Shown here piece by piece: positions 11,587-23,565 of a stretch of 64,000 bases of DNA. Position 1 is the stretch's first letter, and each line of letters starts with the position of its first letter. Position numbers and translations under genes: made by a program. Where the stretch lies: NCBI RefSeq assembly GCF_000981445.1, contig NC_027217.1, positions 248,001 through 312,000 of the forward strand. Reading direction: 5' to 3'. The stretch comes from Babesia bigemina. Lineage: Eukaryota. Under the pieces are notes generated by a model, which searched no databases, had not been told where the DNA came from, and saw only the letters and a program-made list of their open reading frames with translations.

Positions 11587-14500
11587 ATGCATAGCGTCCC
11601 CGTGAAAAATTCGCCGCCGCCAGATCTGGCGAGCGCGGCGCTAGCGGCGCATCAGGATGTCGTTCAGGTTCTAAAGACGACTAAGTTTGTGAACGTCGCG
11701 AATTTAAACGAGTACCTAAGTTCCGCGTCCGGCCCTAACTGTCGCGTGGTGGTCCAGCCAGTTGAGGCGGGTTCCGCGATCGCAGAGCAGCTCGACCGCG
11801 CGTTGGAGGAGCTTCAGCAGCGCAAAGCCGTGTCTGCGAGTCCAGGATCGACTACGCCCGGGTGCTCGAACGGACAGCATGCAAACACGCCGGTTAACAC
11901 CCCCGCCGCCACGCCCTCGCATCTGCCGCAGCCAGCCTCCACTTCCGCGGTGGCGTCCGTTCAGACACTGCGTCAAGCACACTCCGAAGAGCTAACCAGG
12001 CCGGCAACGTTCATGCAACAGCAGTACCGCGCCGCGGAAGTGCGATCGGCCGAGAACTTGACTTCCGTAGCGTCAAGCCACCGCTGCGTCGTGTCTTCGT
12101 CGACCTCCCAAAGCGAGGCGGCGCAGGACCCGAACTCTGACCTCAAGGGGCGCGTTTCGTCATTGTTAATGCAGCTTAAGAGCGTGAATTTGGTTCCTAG
12201 CACCCCTGAGGCTAGGTCAGAGGCGGACGGTGCGCAGCGCACCACCGTGGACTCGTACTCGTCCTTCTCCGATTTCAACGTTAAGAACGCGGGAGCGCAT
12301 AATGATGGAGAGACTACGAAAGCTAACTCCGAAGAACCCGTGATGCGCATTGAAACCAAGCCTAACCCCGCCGTGTTAGTGTTGAAGTCCCCCGTCGCAG
12401 CCCAACCCGTGGCTGAGGAGGAATCGAAGTCGCCATCTCAGGGCTGCCGCGAGGCGTGTCAGGAAACCAATACACTATCTTCAACGCTCTTGTGCCAAAA
12501 TTCGGCCACGTGTACGTATAGGGAAAATCCCAACGTGGAGTCCACGCTCGGTCCCCAGCAGCGTGACTGCGCCCAGCGGCCCGTGCAGCAGCAGGGGCCT
12601 GCGGAGGACCCAATGTCCGCCCTTGCCGCGAGCATGCAAAAACAAGCAGCAGTGAGGGCCAGTGGCGATGTCTTCAATGAAGAGAAAAGCGAAAGCAGAG
12701 TTGTGAGGAGGTTCAACGTGCCGGTGCGCAATGCCCCCGCGAAGCCCGTGGAAGAGCCCAGGGACAACATGCTACGTGGTTTAAACGTGCAAGCACCAAC
12801 TTCTAACATGAAACCCCAGCGGTCTGTGGACTCGTCGATGCAGTACATGCCCAGGCAGCGCACGCAACGCGTTAACCACGTGCGCAAGGTGGGCCCGCGC
12901 AGGAAGGCCGTGGTGGTCGGGTGCAGCTACTACGGCGACCCCGAGGCGTGCCTGCGTGGCCCGTGCAACGACGCGATGCTGTTCGCGTCCACGCTGGTGA
13001 CCCACATGGGCTACGACCCTGACGACGTGTTGCTGCTGATCGACACGGAGCCTGCGGATATCTACACCCGTCAGCTGGTTGCGATGTCGTCGAGGCCGAA
13101 CCCTTCGCTGTCATCGCGCCGCAACTCCATGGAGCGCCGCAAAACTGGCGTCATTGGCGGGCTACTGGGAGGGCTGATCGAGGACGTGTTCAAGGGCGTG
13201 GTGGCCGACAGCGACCTGGACGTCCCCGAGATGCTGATGCTCGACTCGCCGGGCGCCGCGATCGACGAGTCCAACCGACCGTCGCGCGCCAACATTCTAA
13301 AGGCACTGCGTTGGCTGGTCAGCGGCACTCGCCCCGGCGACTGCGGGGTGTTTTACTTCTCCGGCCACTCCGTCCAGACCGACGACATGAGCGGCTGGGA
13401 AGGTGAGGGCTACGACGAGGCTATTGTACCGTGCGACTACATGTCTTTCGGCGACCCTTCTCGTGGCGTGATCCCTGCGGCCCAGCTGCGTCAGGTGATC
13501 CAGTCGGTGGACAAGCGGTGCCAGATGACCATCGTCCTGGACACGGTGGGCATGCAGACGGCGCTCGACCCTGCCGGCCGCAGCGGCCCGTGGCGCTACA
13601 TCAAAGGCGCCATGCTGCGCGGCATCTGGCCGCTTACCGACGCCACCGGCAAGATGCAGCGCGCTTGCTACGACGCCGATGTGTGGCGCGACGTGCACAT
13701 GCAACAGCAGCTGGTGCGGCCGAAGTTCCTGCCGATGCTGCAAGTGGACTGCGCCGCGGCGTTGCTGGACGGTTTCATCTCGTCCAACACCGGCGCCGTG
13801 TCGTCTAACTCGCTGTGCCTCGCCGCTGCGCCGTTTCAGGATGTTGCCGTCGAGGCGCTGTTCCGCCCGGTGTCGCTGAGCGGGATGCCGCTCGCGCCGA
13901 GCATCTACCAAGGGTGCGAGCAGGTGGTGTGCCACGGCGTTTTCACGTACTGCCTCGTGGCCACGCTACTGAAAGACCGTGCGTCGAAGCGTGGCGGCAT
14001 CACCGTGCGTGAGATAATTTCGGGCATTCAGCGTCGGTGCAAGTACCTGCGTTCGACGCGTTTGCCGAAGCTGAGCCAGGCGTGTGAGGCCACCGTGCAC
14101 CCCGCCGGCGTGGCGTCCGTGGACGACTTCTTCTTGTCCCCCTGGGGCGGCCGCGTGCTCATCGACCGCCACCGGAATATCGCCGTGGAGCATCCTCTGA
14201 AGGCCCTCAGCGCGGGGCTGGGCGCGTTCCTGACGCTGCCGGAGGCGTGGATGCAGCTGCACAACGAGGGTCGCATGCGCGCCGTGGAGCAGAGGGAGAA
14301 GTTCGGGCGTATGCGCAGCGCCGTGGTGAACGGAAGCCGCATGGTGACGGAGGACCTGCGCCAGATGCTGCTGCAGCAACAGCAGGCGCAGCACGGGTAC
14401 GTGTCGCGCGTGCCGAGCAACACTGTGATGCTGGGCCACGTGCCTCAGCAGCAGCGCGTGGACGCGGGCAACAGCTGGTACGGCAAGGTGTCCGCCGCCC

Positions 14501-15042
14501 AGAGCCCGCAGCAGAGGCGGTCGCCCGAGTTCGACCCGCGCCATGCGCTCTACCAGCCGCAGTGCCAGCAGCAACGCCAGCAGATGCACGTGCTGCAGCA
14601 GCACAACCATTACGAGCCGCAGTACCAGCAGTACGTGGTCCATCCGTCCTTCAACATGGCGGGCCACGCGCAGCGGTGCGCCGGCGCCGCTGCCAACATG
14701 CCTCTCGGGATGACGTTCCCCGGCGCGTACCACGCGCAACAGTACCAGGAGTCCGAGGAGTACTTCGAGGCTTCACCTCCCCAGTTCGGCGCGTGCCAGC
14801 AGGCGCCTACCGCGCCCTTCATGCACTTCGTTGCTCCGCAGGCGGCGCAGAAGCACGAGCCCAGGCGGAGGTCGTACCATTGTCGCAGCAGCACTTCGAC
14901 GATGCCGGACATGGGCTGCCAGTCGCGCCCCGCCGTCGTGCGCCACAACACCGGCTCGTGCCACCGCGGCAACATCAAGCTGGCGGAGCACCTGACGAGC
15001 TCGTTCGTGGCCCAGCTGCCCACCGCGCAGCACTACTTTTAA
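11587..15042 (+). CDS. Metacaspase (peptidase C14B) family protein, 1151 aa, catalytic Cys replaced
   Basis: RKAVVVGCSY...LRGPCNDA; SRANILKALRWLV...PGDCGVFYFSGHS; EGYDEAIVPCDY; TIVLDTVG in place of D-S/C-C-H-S-G; HGVFTYCLV. Confidence 0.9.
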   Translation: MHSVPVKNSPPPDLASAALAAHQDVVQVLKTTKFVNVANLNEYLSSASGPNCRVVVQPVEAGSAIAEQLDRALEELQQRKAVSASPGSTTPGCSNGQHANTPVNTPAATPSHLPQPASTSAVASVQTLRQAHSEELTRPATFMQQQYRAAEVRSAENLTSVASSHRCVVSSSTSQSEAAQDPNSDLKGRVSSLLMQLKSVNLVPSTPEARSEADGAQRTTVDSYSSFSDFNVKNAGAHNDGETTKANSEEPVMRIETKPNPAVLVLKSPVAAQPVAEEESKSPSQGCREACQETNTLSSTLLCQNSATCTYRENPNVESTLGPQQRDCAQRPVQQQGPAEDPMSALAASMQKQAAVRASGDVFNEEKSESRVVRRFNVPVRNAPAKPVEEPRDNMLRGLNVQAPTSNMKPQRSVDSSMQYMPRQRTQRVNHVRKVGPRRKAVVVGCSYYGDPEACLRGPCNDAMLFASTLVTHMGYDPDDVLLLIDTEPADIYTRQLVAMSSRPNPSLSSRRNSMERRKTGVIGGLLGGLIEDVFKGVVADSDLDVPEMLMLDSPGAAIDESNRPSRANILKALRWLVSGTRPGDCGVFYFSGHSVQTDDMSGWEGEGYDEAIVPCDYMSFGDPSRGVIPAAQLRQVIQSVDKRCQMTIVLDTVGMQTALDPAGRSGPWRYIKGAMLRGIWPLTDATGKMQRACYDADVWRDVHMQQQLVRPKFLPMLQVDCAAALLDGFISSNTGAVSSNSLCLAAAPFQDVAVEALFRPVSLSGMPLAPSIYQGCEQVVCHGVFTYCLVATLLKDRASKRGGITVREIISGIQRRCKYLRSTRLPKLSQACEATVHPAGVASVDDFFLSPWGGRVLIDRHRNIAVEHPLKALSAGLGAFLTLPEAWMQLHNEGRMRAVEQREKFGRMRSAVVNGSRMVTEDLRQMLLQQQQAQHGYVSRVPSNTVMLGHVPQQQRVDAGNSWYGKVSAAQSPQQRRSPEFDPRHALYQPQCQQQRQQMHVLQQHNHYEPQYQQYVVHPSFNMAGHAQRCAGAAANMPLGMTFPGAYHAQQYQESEEYFEASPPQFGACQQAPTAPFMHFVAPQAAQKHEPRRRSYHCRSSTSTMPDMGCQSRPAVVRHNTGSCHRGNIKLAEHLTSSFVAQLPTAQHYF

Positions 15043-15161
15043 GATAATCACACTGCTAATACGCTGCCGTTGTCTCTGGAGTTGTTCTGCATCTGACTGG
15101 GTCGTGTTCCTCCGCCGTGACGGGGCGTCTCCGTCGGCGCGTGCGTTCATTTCTCACTTGC

Positions 15162-17820
15162 ATGATGTCGGACGGCGTGGAGCGCAGCGGCGGCGATATG
15201 GCCGTGACCAAACCCGTCGAGTTCATCGACTACAACTGCGACATTAGGTGCGCCGACTTCGCGAGATGTGTATGCTGTGCAGCGACTCGTTCAACGAGTA
15301 CCTGAGGGGCGAGAAGTTCGAGAAATTCGGGTTCCGCTACAATGTGCTGTCGATCCTGGGCTGCCAGAGCAGCGGGAAGAGTGGGTAGCGTCGGTTTGAA
15401 GTCTCAGTTTGCGCAGGCTCGCTGCTCAACGCGGTCTTCGGGCTCAGCTTCGACGTGATGGACACCAAGCTGGGCCACAGCCAGACCACCAAGGGCCTCT
15501 GGGGCGCGCTGGTGTTGCCCGAGGACGCCGAGCAGCACAACGCGACCCTGGTGATCGACGTGGAGGGCACCGACTCCAGGGAGCGCGGCGAGGGCCGCCT
15601 GACGTTCGAGCACCGTTCCTCGCTGCTGTGCCTGGCCATTTCCGACTGCGTGGTGATTAACCTGTGGTACCACTCGCTGGGCAACCTGACCGGCTCCAAC
15701 TACGGGCTGCTGAAGACTGTGATGGAGGCCAACCTGGAGCTGATGGAGGGCACCGACAGTTCGATGTAAGTTTGCCGCCGCGGTAAGCGCTCACTGCGCG
15801 TCAGGGGCCCAGTGGAGTGCAAGACTATTCTGTGCTTCTGCATCCGCGACTGGTTCCCGGAGCTCGCTCCGCTGGAGACCGTGCGCGGCAAGATCGTCAA
15901 CGGCTACATGCAGGGCATCTGGAGCGAGATCCACAAGCCCGCCAAGTTCCAGAACGCCGCGATGGAGGACGTGTTCCGCATCGAGCTGTTCGGTTTCAAC
16001 CACGCGCTCGCGCACAAGGAGGAGTTCGCCGCGGACGCCCGCAGGTTCCGGTCCGAGTGGCTGAACAACATCCGGCCCACGTCGTACTCGCGCGCGGTGC
16101 CGTCTGACGGCTTCTTCTACTACGCCAGGAACATTTTGAACACCGTGAAGGAGCAGAACCACCTGGACATCCCCACCCAGCGCGAGATGCTGGCCAACTT
16201 CCGGTGCCAGGAGATCAAGGTGTCCGTGCTCGGCGAGGTGGAGCCCAAGGTGGCGGCGATGCTCGCGGACGCGCAGTCCGGCAGCGTGGTAAACTTCAGC
16301 GAGCGCGCCGCTGAGGTGGCCGACCATGCCGTTGAGGCGTACCTCGAGTCCGCGTCGCGTTACGACGCGGAGACGAGCCAGAAGATCGGGAGGGAGCTCG
16401 TTCGCGCGCTGCTGCAAAAGATGCAGCCCAGTTTTGACGCCCTGATGGCGCAGGAGTGCTCCGAGATTGCCGTCCGCGCGACCGTCAAGATGGAGGAGAA
16501 GTTTTCGCTGAGCGGCAAGGGCCGGTCGCTGCTGGTGGGCGGTAGCCCCGCGACGGAGGCGTGGCCCAAGTTCACTGAGTCGTGCGAGTCCATCAGGTCC
16601 GAGCTGTGGGAGTCGCTGAACGCGCGGATGCAGGCCCACTCCGTGAGCTACAGCCACCAGAGCGGCATCGCCGTCGACCACGCCTTCGACACCACCGCCG
16701 CCAGCGACATGTTCAACGTGACCTTCAGGAACGAGGTCGACGTGGTGAAGAAGCGGCACCTGCACGCGCTGCGCGAGCAGATCGCCGACCTCATCGACGC
16801 CGGTTTCAAGGTGATCGAGACCGTGCTGCTGGAGAACGGCGTCACCAGCGACAAGTACTGGGGCGCCGTGAACTCTCACATCGAGCAGGCGTACCAGTCG
16901 TCGCTGGACCTGTACAGGTCGTGCTACGGGGGCATGATTTCGCCCGTGCAGTCGCAGGAGTTCGAGTACTTCGCCTTCGTGGCACTGGTGGGCCGCACCA
17001 AGGCCAACCTCGACCGCGTCGAGTCGCGCATCACTGAGATCATCGTGGAGCGCTTCGAGCAGTTCTTCATGTACCAGGAGCGCGACGGCGAGTCGATCCC
17101 GCGCGCGTGGGAGTCGTGCAGCGAGGACGAGCTGCAGCAGACGTACGCCCGCTGCAAGAAGGAGGCGCTGAACGTGGTGGCCGTGATCCGGGACTGCCGT
17201 CCGTCAAAGCTGAAGGTGCCCCGTTTCGACGTGTCTGAGCTGAAGCCCACCCACGTGCTCTACCGCGAGCTGAGCACCGGCGTGTCCGGGCTGGTGGCCG
17301 GCGAGTCGTCCCTGAGCGACGACGTGCTGGTGGACACCGTGAAGGCGTGCAAGCTGCGCTTCCACGAGCTGTACCACCGTGCCCACCAGATCCAGAGCTA
17401 CGCGCGCGGCGGCATTTCGTGGCGCACCATCCCCACGTACTTCTGGGTGCTGCTGCTGGTCTGCGCGTGGAACGAGATCTGCACGGCGCTGCGTGTCATC
17501 TTCAAGGTGCAGGTGCTCATCCCGGTGGTGATTCTGGTGTTTTTGGCCGTGCAGTACGGCTCAACGTATGTGTTCGGCGACTCGGCGAGGGCGTAAGTGC
17601 GGTTGCGTTGCGTCACATTTTCCGCAGGGTGCTGGAGCCCCTGAAGGCGCAGGCGCGCAGCCTGTGCTTCCAAGGGGCCCGCTGGGCCTTCCACGCTGCC
17701 TCAACGGCAGTTTCCGTCGCCAGGGACGTGCGCGGTGCCCGGAGCGCGCGTAGCGCGTCTGTACCGGAGGACGACGATGGCAGCAGCGCCGCGGAGAAGG
17801 ACAGTCCTCCACCAAGCTGA
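15162..17820 (+). CDS. SEY1: SEY1/RHD3 atlastin-like ER-fusion GTPase, multi-exon
   Basis: YNVLSILGCQSSGKS|SLLNAVFG, QTTKGLW, VIDVEGTDSRERGE, FCIRD, LDIPTQREMLANFRCQEI, and C-terminal TM hairpin (IPTYFWVLLLVCAWNE); short introns, e.g. 15248-15282. Confidence 0.95.
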
Positions 17821-18019
17821 GCAGCGGCGCGCCGCTGCACGACCGCAGCGGCACATTTCGGCATTCGCGCTGCTCTGCCACTTTGCGGTAAGCGTTGCCC
17901 CAATCGGTGGTGGTGTGTCGCCGCGGCGTCTGCCGGCGGCCGCCCCTGCGCCCTCCGATGGGCGCCAGTGTGATTTTTTCGACTTGTATTTTTACGATTT
18001 TTGCGGCGCGGCGCGCAAA

Positions 18020-18447
18020 ATGTGTTCGGCGCTGGCCCCGAAGCCGGTGTCGAAGCGTGCCCGCCGCGACTCGGACTCCGAGGATTCGGATCCTGAGAAG
18101 CCGCCGGAGCACGCGCCTCTGCTGGACAGCGGCAAGAAGCGCGACCCCATCGACCTGCGCGCTGCCATCGAGAACGACGCTGCGGAGTGCGAGAGGTGGG
18201 TGGCTGCACGGTGGCTCTGATTCGCTGCAGGAAGGGCCTCTCGAGCTGGAAGCTGTCGCACGCGGGCTCCTCGTCGCTGCCCGCGCGGCACCTGTGCGTC
18301 ATCTGCGGGTTCTTCGGCAGCTACAAGTGCATGGAGTGCGCGTCCAAGCGCATCGCGGAGCTGCGCACGTACGTCTGCGGCCCCCGGTGCCTCGAGGTCC
18401 ACAAGGACCAGAGCTGCGGGCGCCCGCTTAACCTAACCCACTGGTGA
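18020..18447 (+). CDS. SWC6: HIT zinc-finger protein SWC6/Vps71/ZNHIT1-like (SWR1 complex); intron 18196-18230
   Basis: SSLPARHLCVICGFFGSYKCMEC...YVCGPRCLEVHKDQSC matches the ZNHIT1 C-terminus. Confidence 0.8.
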
Positions 18448-18546
18448 TAAATATCGGTTCTTTGCGTATTGTGCAGTGCGTGGAGGGAGTGAGCATTAGG
18501 CGTGGTTCGCGCGGGCGCGCACGCTGAGCCGCAGCGAGGTGCGGCG

Positions 18547-19905
18547 TCAGTCGTCGAGCTCCATGTGGTCGTCGGTGAAGAGGAAGTCCGGTACCTGCGG
18601 GCCCCCCGCTGCGAATAGTGTCGCGTGCACCCGCGGCAACCCACCTTTGGCGAGCGAGCTGGCGTCGGGCTTGTCCCCCGCCGGCCTGGCGACGTTCGCG
18701 AAGTGTATGCCGGCGTTGTTGAACTTGAGCATGAGCTCGAGGAACTCCGCGATGGAGACGGTGATGCTGCGCCTGTTGGAGAGCCCCGAGTCCTCCAGCA
18801 CTTGCATGCAGTAGTCCTGCCGAACCGGTGTCTCCACTGCGCTGCGAACCCACCTTGAACGGCACGGGCTCCGGCGCCCGGCGGTTGATGGTGCACCAGT
18901 TCTTGTAGTTGCCCTCGAGTATGGACAGCACCGCCTGCTTCTTGAAGAGGCTGCGAAGCGTGCGTCGCTTGCGCGAGAAGCAGACGCGGATCATGCCGTC
19001 CCACTCGACGAAGTCCACCTGCGGCCCGTGACCGCCGCCGGCGAGCGTTTAACCTACCACCAGCGGCTGCTCCCTGGGCACGATCTTGACGATCATGCTG
19101 TCGACCTTGGGCGGCGGGTTGAAGCTGCCTGCGTATGCATGTGCGATGCGGCCGCGGCGCCCGCCCACCTGGCGCCACCTTGCAGACGCGCGTGACCGTG
19201 CAGAAGAGGCGCGTGTTGATCGCCAGTCGGCCGTACTTCTCCTCGTTTGTGGAGGCCAGCAGGCGCTCGGCGAACTCCTTCTGGAACATGAGCACGGCGC
19301 ACCTGAAGAGCGGCCTGTGCGAGAGCAGCTTGAAGACGAACGGGCTGGATATCTGGTAGGGCAGGTTGGCGGTGCATACGTCGAACTTGGGCAGCGTGGT
19401 GCGGAGCGCGTCGCCCTCTATGACCTCGAGGTTGTTGTACCCCATCGACACGCAGCGTTTCTTGACCTCGCCGACCATGCGGTTGTCAATGTCGATTGCG
19501 ATGACCTTGCGGGCGATGGGCACGAGGCGCACCGTCAGGTTGCCGGTACCTGTGGGCGCTTTAGGGGCGCGCAGCCTTGCACTCACCGGGACCGATCTCC
19601 AGCACGGTGTCAGAGCTCCTGATCTCCGCGGCGAGCACGATCTTGTCGAGTATGCCGGGGTTCTTCAACATGTGCTGGCCGAACTTCTTGTTGAATACCA
19701 TGCCGCTGGACATGTGGCGGGCGTCGGAGGCGCCAGCGGCGGGCGCCTTCTGGCTCATGGCTGCCGCGGGCTGCGCCACGGAGGCCGCCTGGCGCGCTCC
19801 CTTGGGCCCTGCGTCCGTTGCTCAACTCCGGCAGCGCAACCTACCGACGGCGCAGATGCGATAGGGCTCGACCCTGTACTGTGTCTTCTGCCGCCTGGAC
19901 GCCAT
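18547..19905 (-). CDS. DIM1: 18S rRNA dimethyladenosine transferase, multi-exon
   Basis: FNKKFGQHMLKNP, VLEIGPG|TGNLT, CTANLPYQISSP, AVLMFQKEFAERL, YGRLAINT, FNPPPKVDS, EWDGMIRVCFSRKRRTL. Confidence 0.97.
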
Positions 19906-20066
19906 GGCTGCAGGGTCGGTTGTGATCGGCTGGGAAGGCGGCCCAGGCGCGTGTGTTACGGCCGGGTGGAAGCCGAACGAGCTCAGGCCGCGGGCGGCGG
20001 CGGCGGCATTACTGTGTCGTGGGCGCTGTGCTAGTCGCGCGAATGGCAGTGAAAATTTTATTTGCA

Positions 20067-22716
20067 TTAAAATGAGTCGCGCTGCAGGAGGCTGGGGAAG
20101 CAGGCGTCGTATGTGTTGATCGCCATGTGCGCGTAGTACTTCACGTCGATATCGGGGTCCTGCAGCAGCTTGCAGAGCAGCCTGTGCGCGGTGAGCGGGC
20201 TTTGGCGCGACTTACGCTCGGGCGCGTACGAACGCCTCGACGGTCTTCCCCTGGTAGATGATGAAGAGGCTGCGCAGCCCCTTGACTGCGACGAACCTGA
20301 CGTTTGCAGTGGGATCCTGCGCTTCGTGTATAACCTAGGCGCGGGTCCTACCTTCGTGGCGTTGAATATGATGGGCAGCACGCGTGCCAGCGTGGTCTGC
20401 AGGTCCAGCGACTTGGTGACCGCCTGCGCGCATTGCTCTCCGGACCGGCGCCCACCCACCACCAGCGCCTGTATAATGACGATCTTGAGGGCGTACGACA
20501 GCGGCACGTCCTCGGGCTTCACGTAGCACGAGCTGCGCGGCTCTACGTACATCTTGATGATCTCCGTCAGGATGGTGTCCGCGACCCAGGGCACCTTGCA
20601 GTCGGCGCACAAGGCCTCGATGCTCTCGACGACGGTGACCCTGACCTTCCAGACGGGGTCCATCAGCAGCTGGAAGAGCATGCGGAGGAAGTAGCGCTCG
20701 AAGACGGTGCGTCCGAAGTGGTGGTAGAACGAGTTGATCATCTCCGCGAGTATCGCCCGGTGCCGCCAGCGTGTCGACTGCAGCACCTGCTCGACGGTTT
20801 CCGTGATGCTGGCGCCGATGCCGCTTTCGAACTCCCGCCCGTTGCAGAGTGCTTCTATGTGCTCGATCGCGCTGCGCTGTCATGTGCGAGCGGCGTCGCG
20901 CCGTCACCCACCTTAGCCTGACGTCCATGCAGTCGTCCCGCAGTAGCCTCCGCAGCACTGGCGACAGGCGTTCGTGCACGTTCCCCCGCGTCATTTGCGC
21001 GGCGAAAATTGCGAATATCCTGCATATTAACTGCCTGTTCTTGCTGTCGTAGTCGCCCAGGTGCGACTCGAAGAAGGCGATGTACTGCTGCGCCATGGGC
21101 GGTGAGAGCCTGCGGCACCACCTGAGGAACGACTCGACGGCCGCCTCCTTGACGATGTCGTAGTCGTCTGTGAGCAGCGCGACGTGCGTACTCATGAAGT
21201 GCGCGGCCATTTCCGCCTCGCCGAAGACCTCGTGGATCTTGTCGAACCGGACGGCCAGCGCCTTGCGCACCCGCCACGAGCTGTCGGAGGCGGCCGCCTG
21301 TACCACCGGGTAGCTCAGCGAGGCGTTCTGCTCCGGCGTGCAGCGCTTGGCGAATGCGAGGCACGCCCCGACGCAGTGCGCTCGCACCTCGTCCTGGTGG
21401 TCGATGGACATGTTTTTGAGCACGAGCCAGAACATGGACACTGCGTGGTCCATGTGCATGATCGCGAGCATGGTCTCCAGGTTACGCGCCACCTCGAGCT
21501 TCACTATCAGCATGCTGTTTTCCCAGAGCTGCTTGTAGCACTGCCGGAGCACCTCCTGATGCTGCTCCGAGGCGTCCAAGTAGAGCAGCGGTATGAGCTT
21601 GCAGGCGGAAACGGCGTCCGCGAACCACTCGCCTGCGCTGAATGAGGCGCGCGTGACGCGCGATTACACTGACTTTCGGAGAGCCTCTTGAGCAGCGGCA
21701 TGACGGAGGAGGCCATGACGTCGTACCCCGCGTCGCTGGAGCGCACGTCGTTCACGATGTTCACGATCAGCTCGACGGCCTGCGGGCTGTGAGGTGCGGC
21801 GGGCGCCAACGTACCCTGTTCCGTATGTCCGGGTCCTCCTGCGATATGAGCGACGAGACGCCCTGCACGATGGCGTCGACGTACGCCTCGGCGAAGCTGA
21901 TCTTGGAGAGCGTGCACCAGACGTCCATCGCCATCTTCATCAACTGGATGGGCATTCCGTGCTGCGCCTCTGGGAATGCGTTAACACGGCTCCAGCTCAC
22001 GTGGACCTACCTGCGAGGAACGGCACCAGCAGGGTCCCGCAGAGCTCCGGCCCCAGCTGCTGCGTCACGATGTCGACGTGCATCAGCGCCTCCATGGCGC
22101 CCTCCTTGCCCCCCTGCACCTCGGTTTTGAAGAACTCGAACGCGGGGTAGAGGGGCGCGTTGATCTTGACCGGTTCCGCGACTTTCTCGGAGGAGCCCAT
22201 GTCGGCGCTGCCTGCGAAGGTGACCCTCGTGGTGCTGCTTGGCTGGATGACGTCCATCTTGCCCAGTGCAGCGCTGCCGTTGACGGCATGCGGTATGTGC
22301 TCCACGGCACTCGCGCGCGGGATGTCACCCAGGGGGATGGCCTCCGTGCCATTCTGCTCCGGACTGGCCTTGACGACACGTTTCGGGTGTCTGGCGCCCA
22401 CACCACGACTTGCGATGCTGATGCTCATTTTCGCAACGTCGTACTCCAGCGCCGGTACGCGGGGCACGTCGGCGCTCGAGCTGTCTGCGTTGGTGTTGAC
22501 GGCGGTGGAGGTCTCCGGTTCGACTGGCTTACCGGCCACCGCACCCTCTTCATCCGGCTTGGCGACCGCCGTTGGCGGATCCGCGGTCGCATCCGCCGCA
22601 CCGTCGCCAACAGTGTTGCCACTTTCGTGCTCCACATCGTTCTGAGCCGGCTCCTGCGCGAGTTCGGCCTCCGGCGTCCGCTCCGGTTGAGGCGGCCCGG
22701 GATCCTGCGATTCCAT
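20067..22716 (-). CDS. Protein phosphatase 2A scaffold (A/65 kDa) subunit-like HEAT-repeat protein with ~175-aa disordered N-terminal extension, multi-exon
   Basis: LYPAFEFFKTE...QQLGPELCGTLLVPFL, EWFADAVSACKL, DSSWRVRKALA, TRWRHRAILAE, LLQDPDIDVKYYA align by eye with PP2A-A repeats. Confidence 0.8.
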
Positions 22717-23565
22717 CGTTGTACCTCCGCGTGCCGACACCAGTCTGTTGTCCGTCCTGAATTCACATTTCGGCAATCGTGCTGTCTTTCGGGGAGGTGG
22801 GTTTCAGCTACACGGCCGGCTGACCGCGGAAAGTTGTGAAACACGGCGGCAGCTGCCGACCGCTAGGTGACCATGAACGACACTGCTAGCCCTTCTGGCA
22901 ATTGCAGCGCATTAATTTAAACTAAGTGAACGCCGCGTCGGTGCGTCGCAGCCGTGCTGCCTTCGCGGCGTAAACACTCTACTGGCGCGTGCGGTGTGCC
23001 ATGTCGCAAACCCGTGGACACACCCAGAGCTTTGTGCGATTTAAACATGCATGTTTTAATGCGCCGGTGCCTATTTGACGTGACCACGGGCCAGCTTTGC
23101 GAGAGGGGCCGCATCAGCGGTCATACGGGCCGCGCGGCCTCGGCCCCGCGAACCGGATCGTACTCGCGACGTGCAATCGGATTCCCCGTCCGATCCCACT
23201 GCTAGCAACTCTACGTGGCCAGTGGTGGACGGTTATGTATGTAGACACGCGTGTGTCGTCGTCCATACGGAGTCTTGTGGAAAGGCCGCGTGCCGCCGCA
23301 GCCTTCCACGTTCAGGCACGCATAGCATCACGTATATCGCACGTACGCAGTTTTGCACGCCCGTAGGCGTGCCGGTTCGCGCTTTTTTGGGCCGAAATGT
23401 GCGACCTTCCACCCCATAACAAGCCGCTTCGCTGCGGGAGCCGGGCGCCGCGGACGCGCGCCACAGGCTTCTATCAGATTCTGGCCGCTATCAGAGGCGC
23501 AACCACCTGTTTGCGCACAATAATGTTCCGCTGGGTGCCGTCGGCCCTCTGAGTCGGCTCGCACG

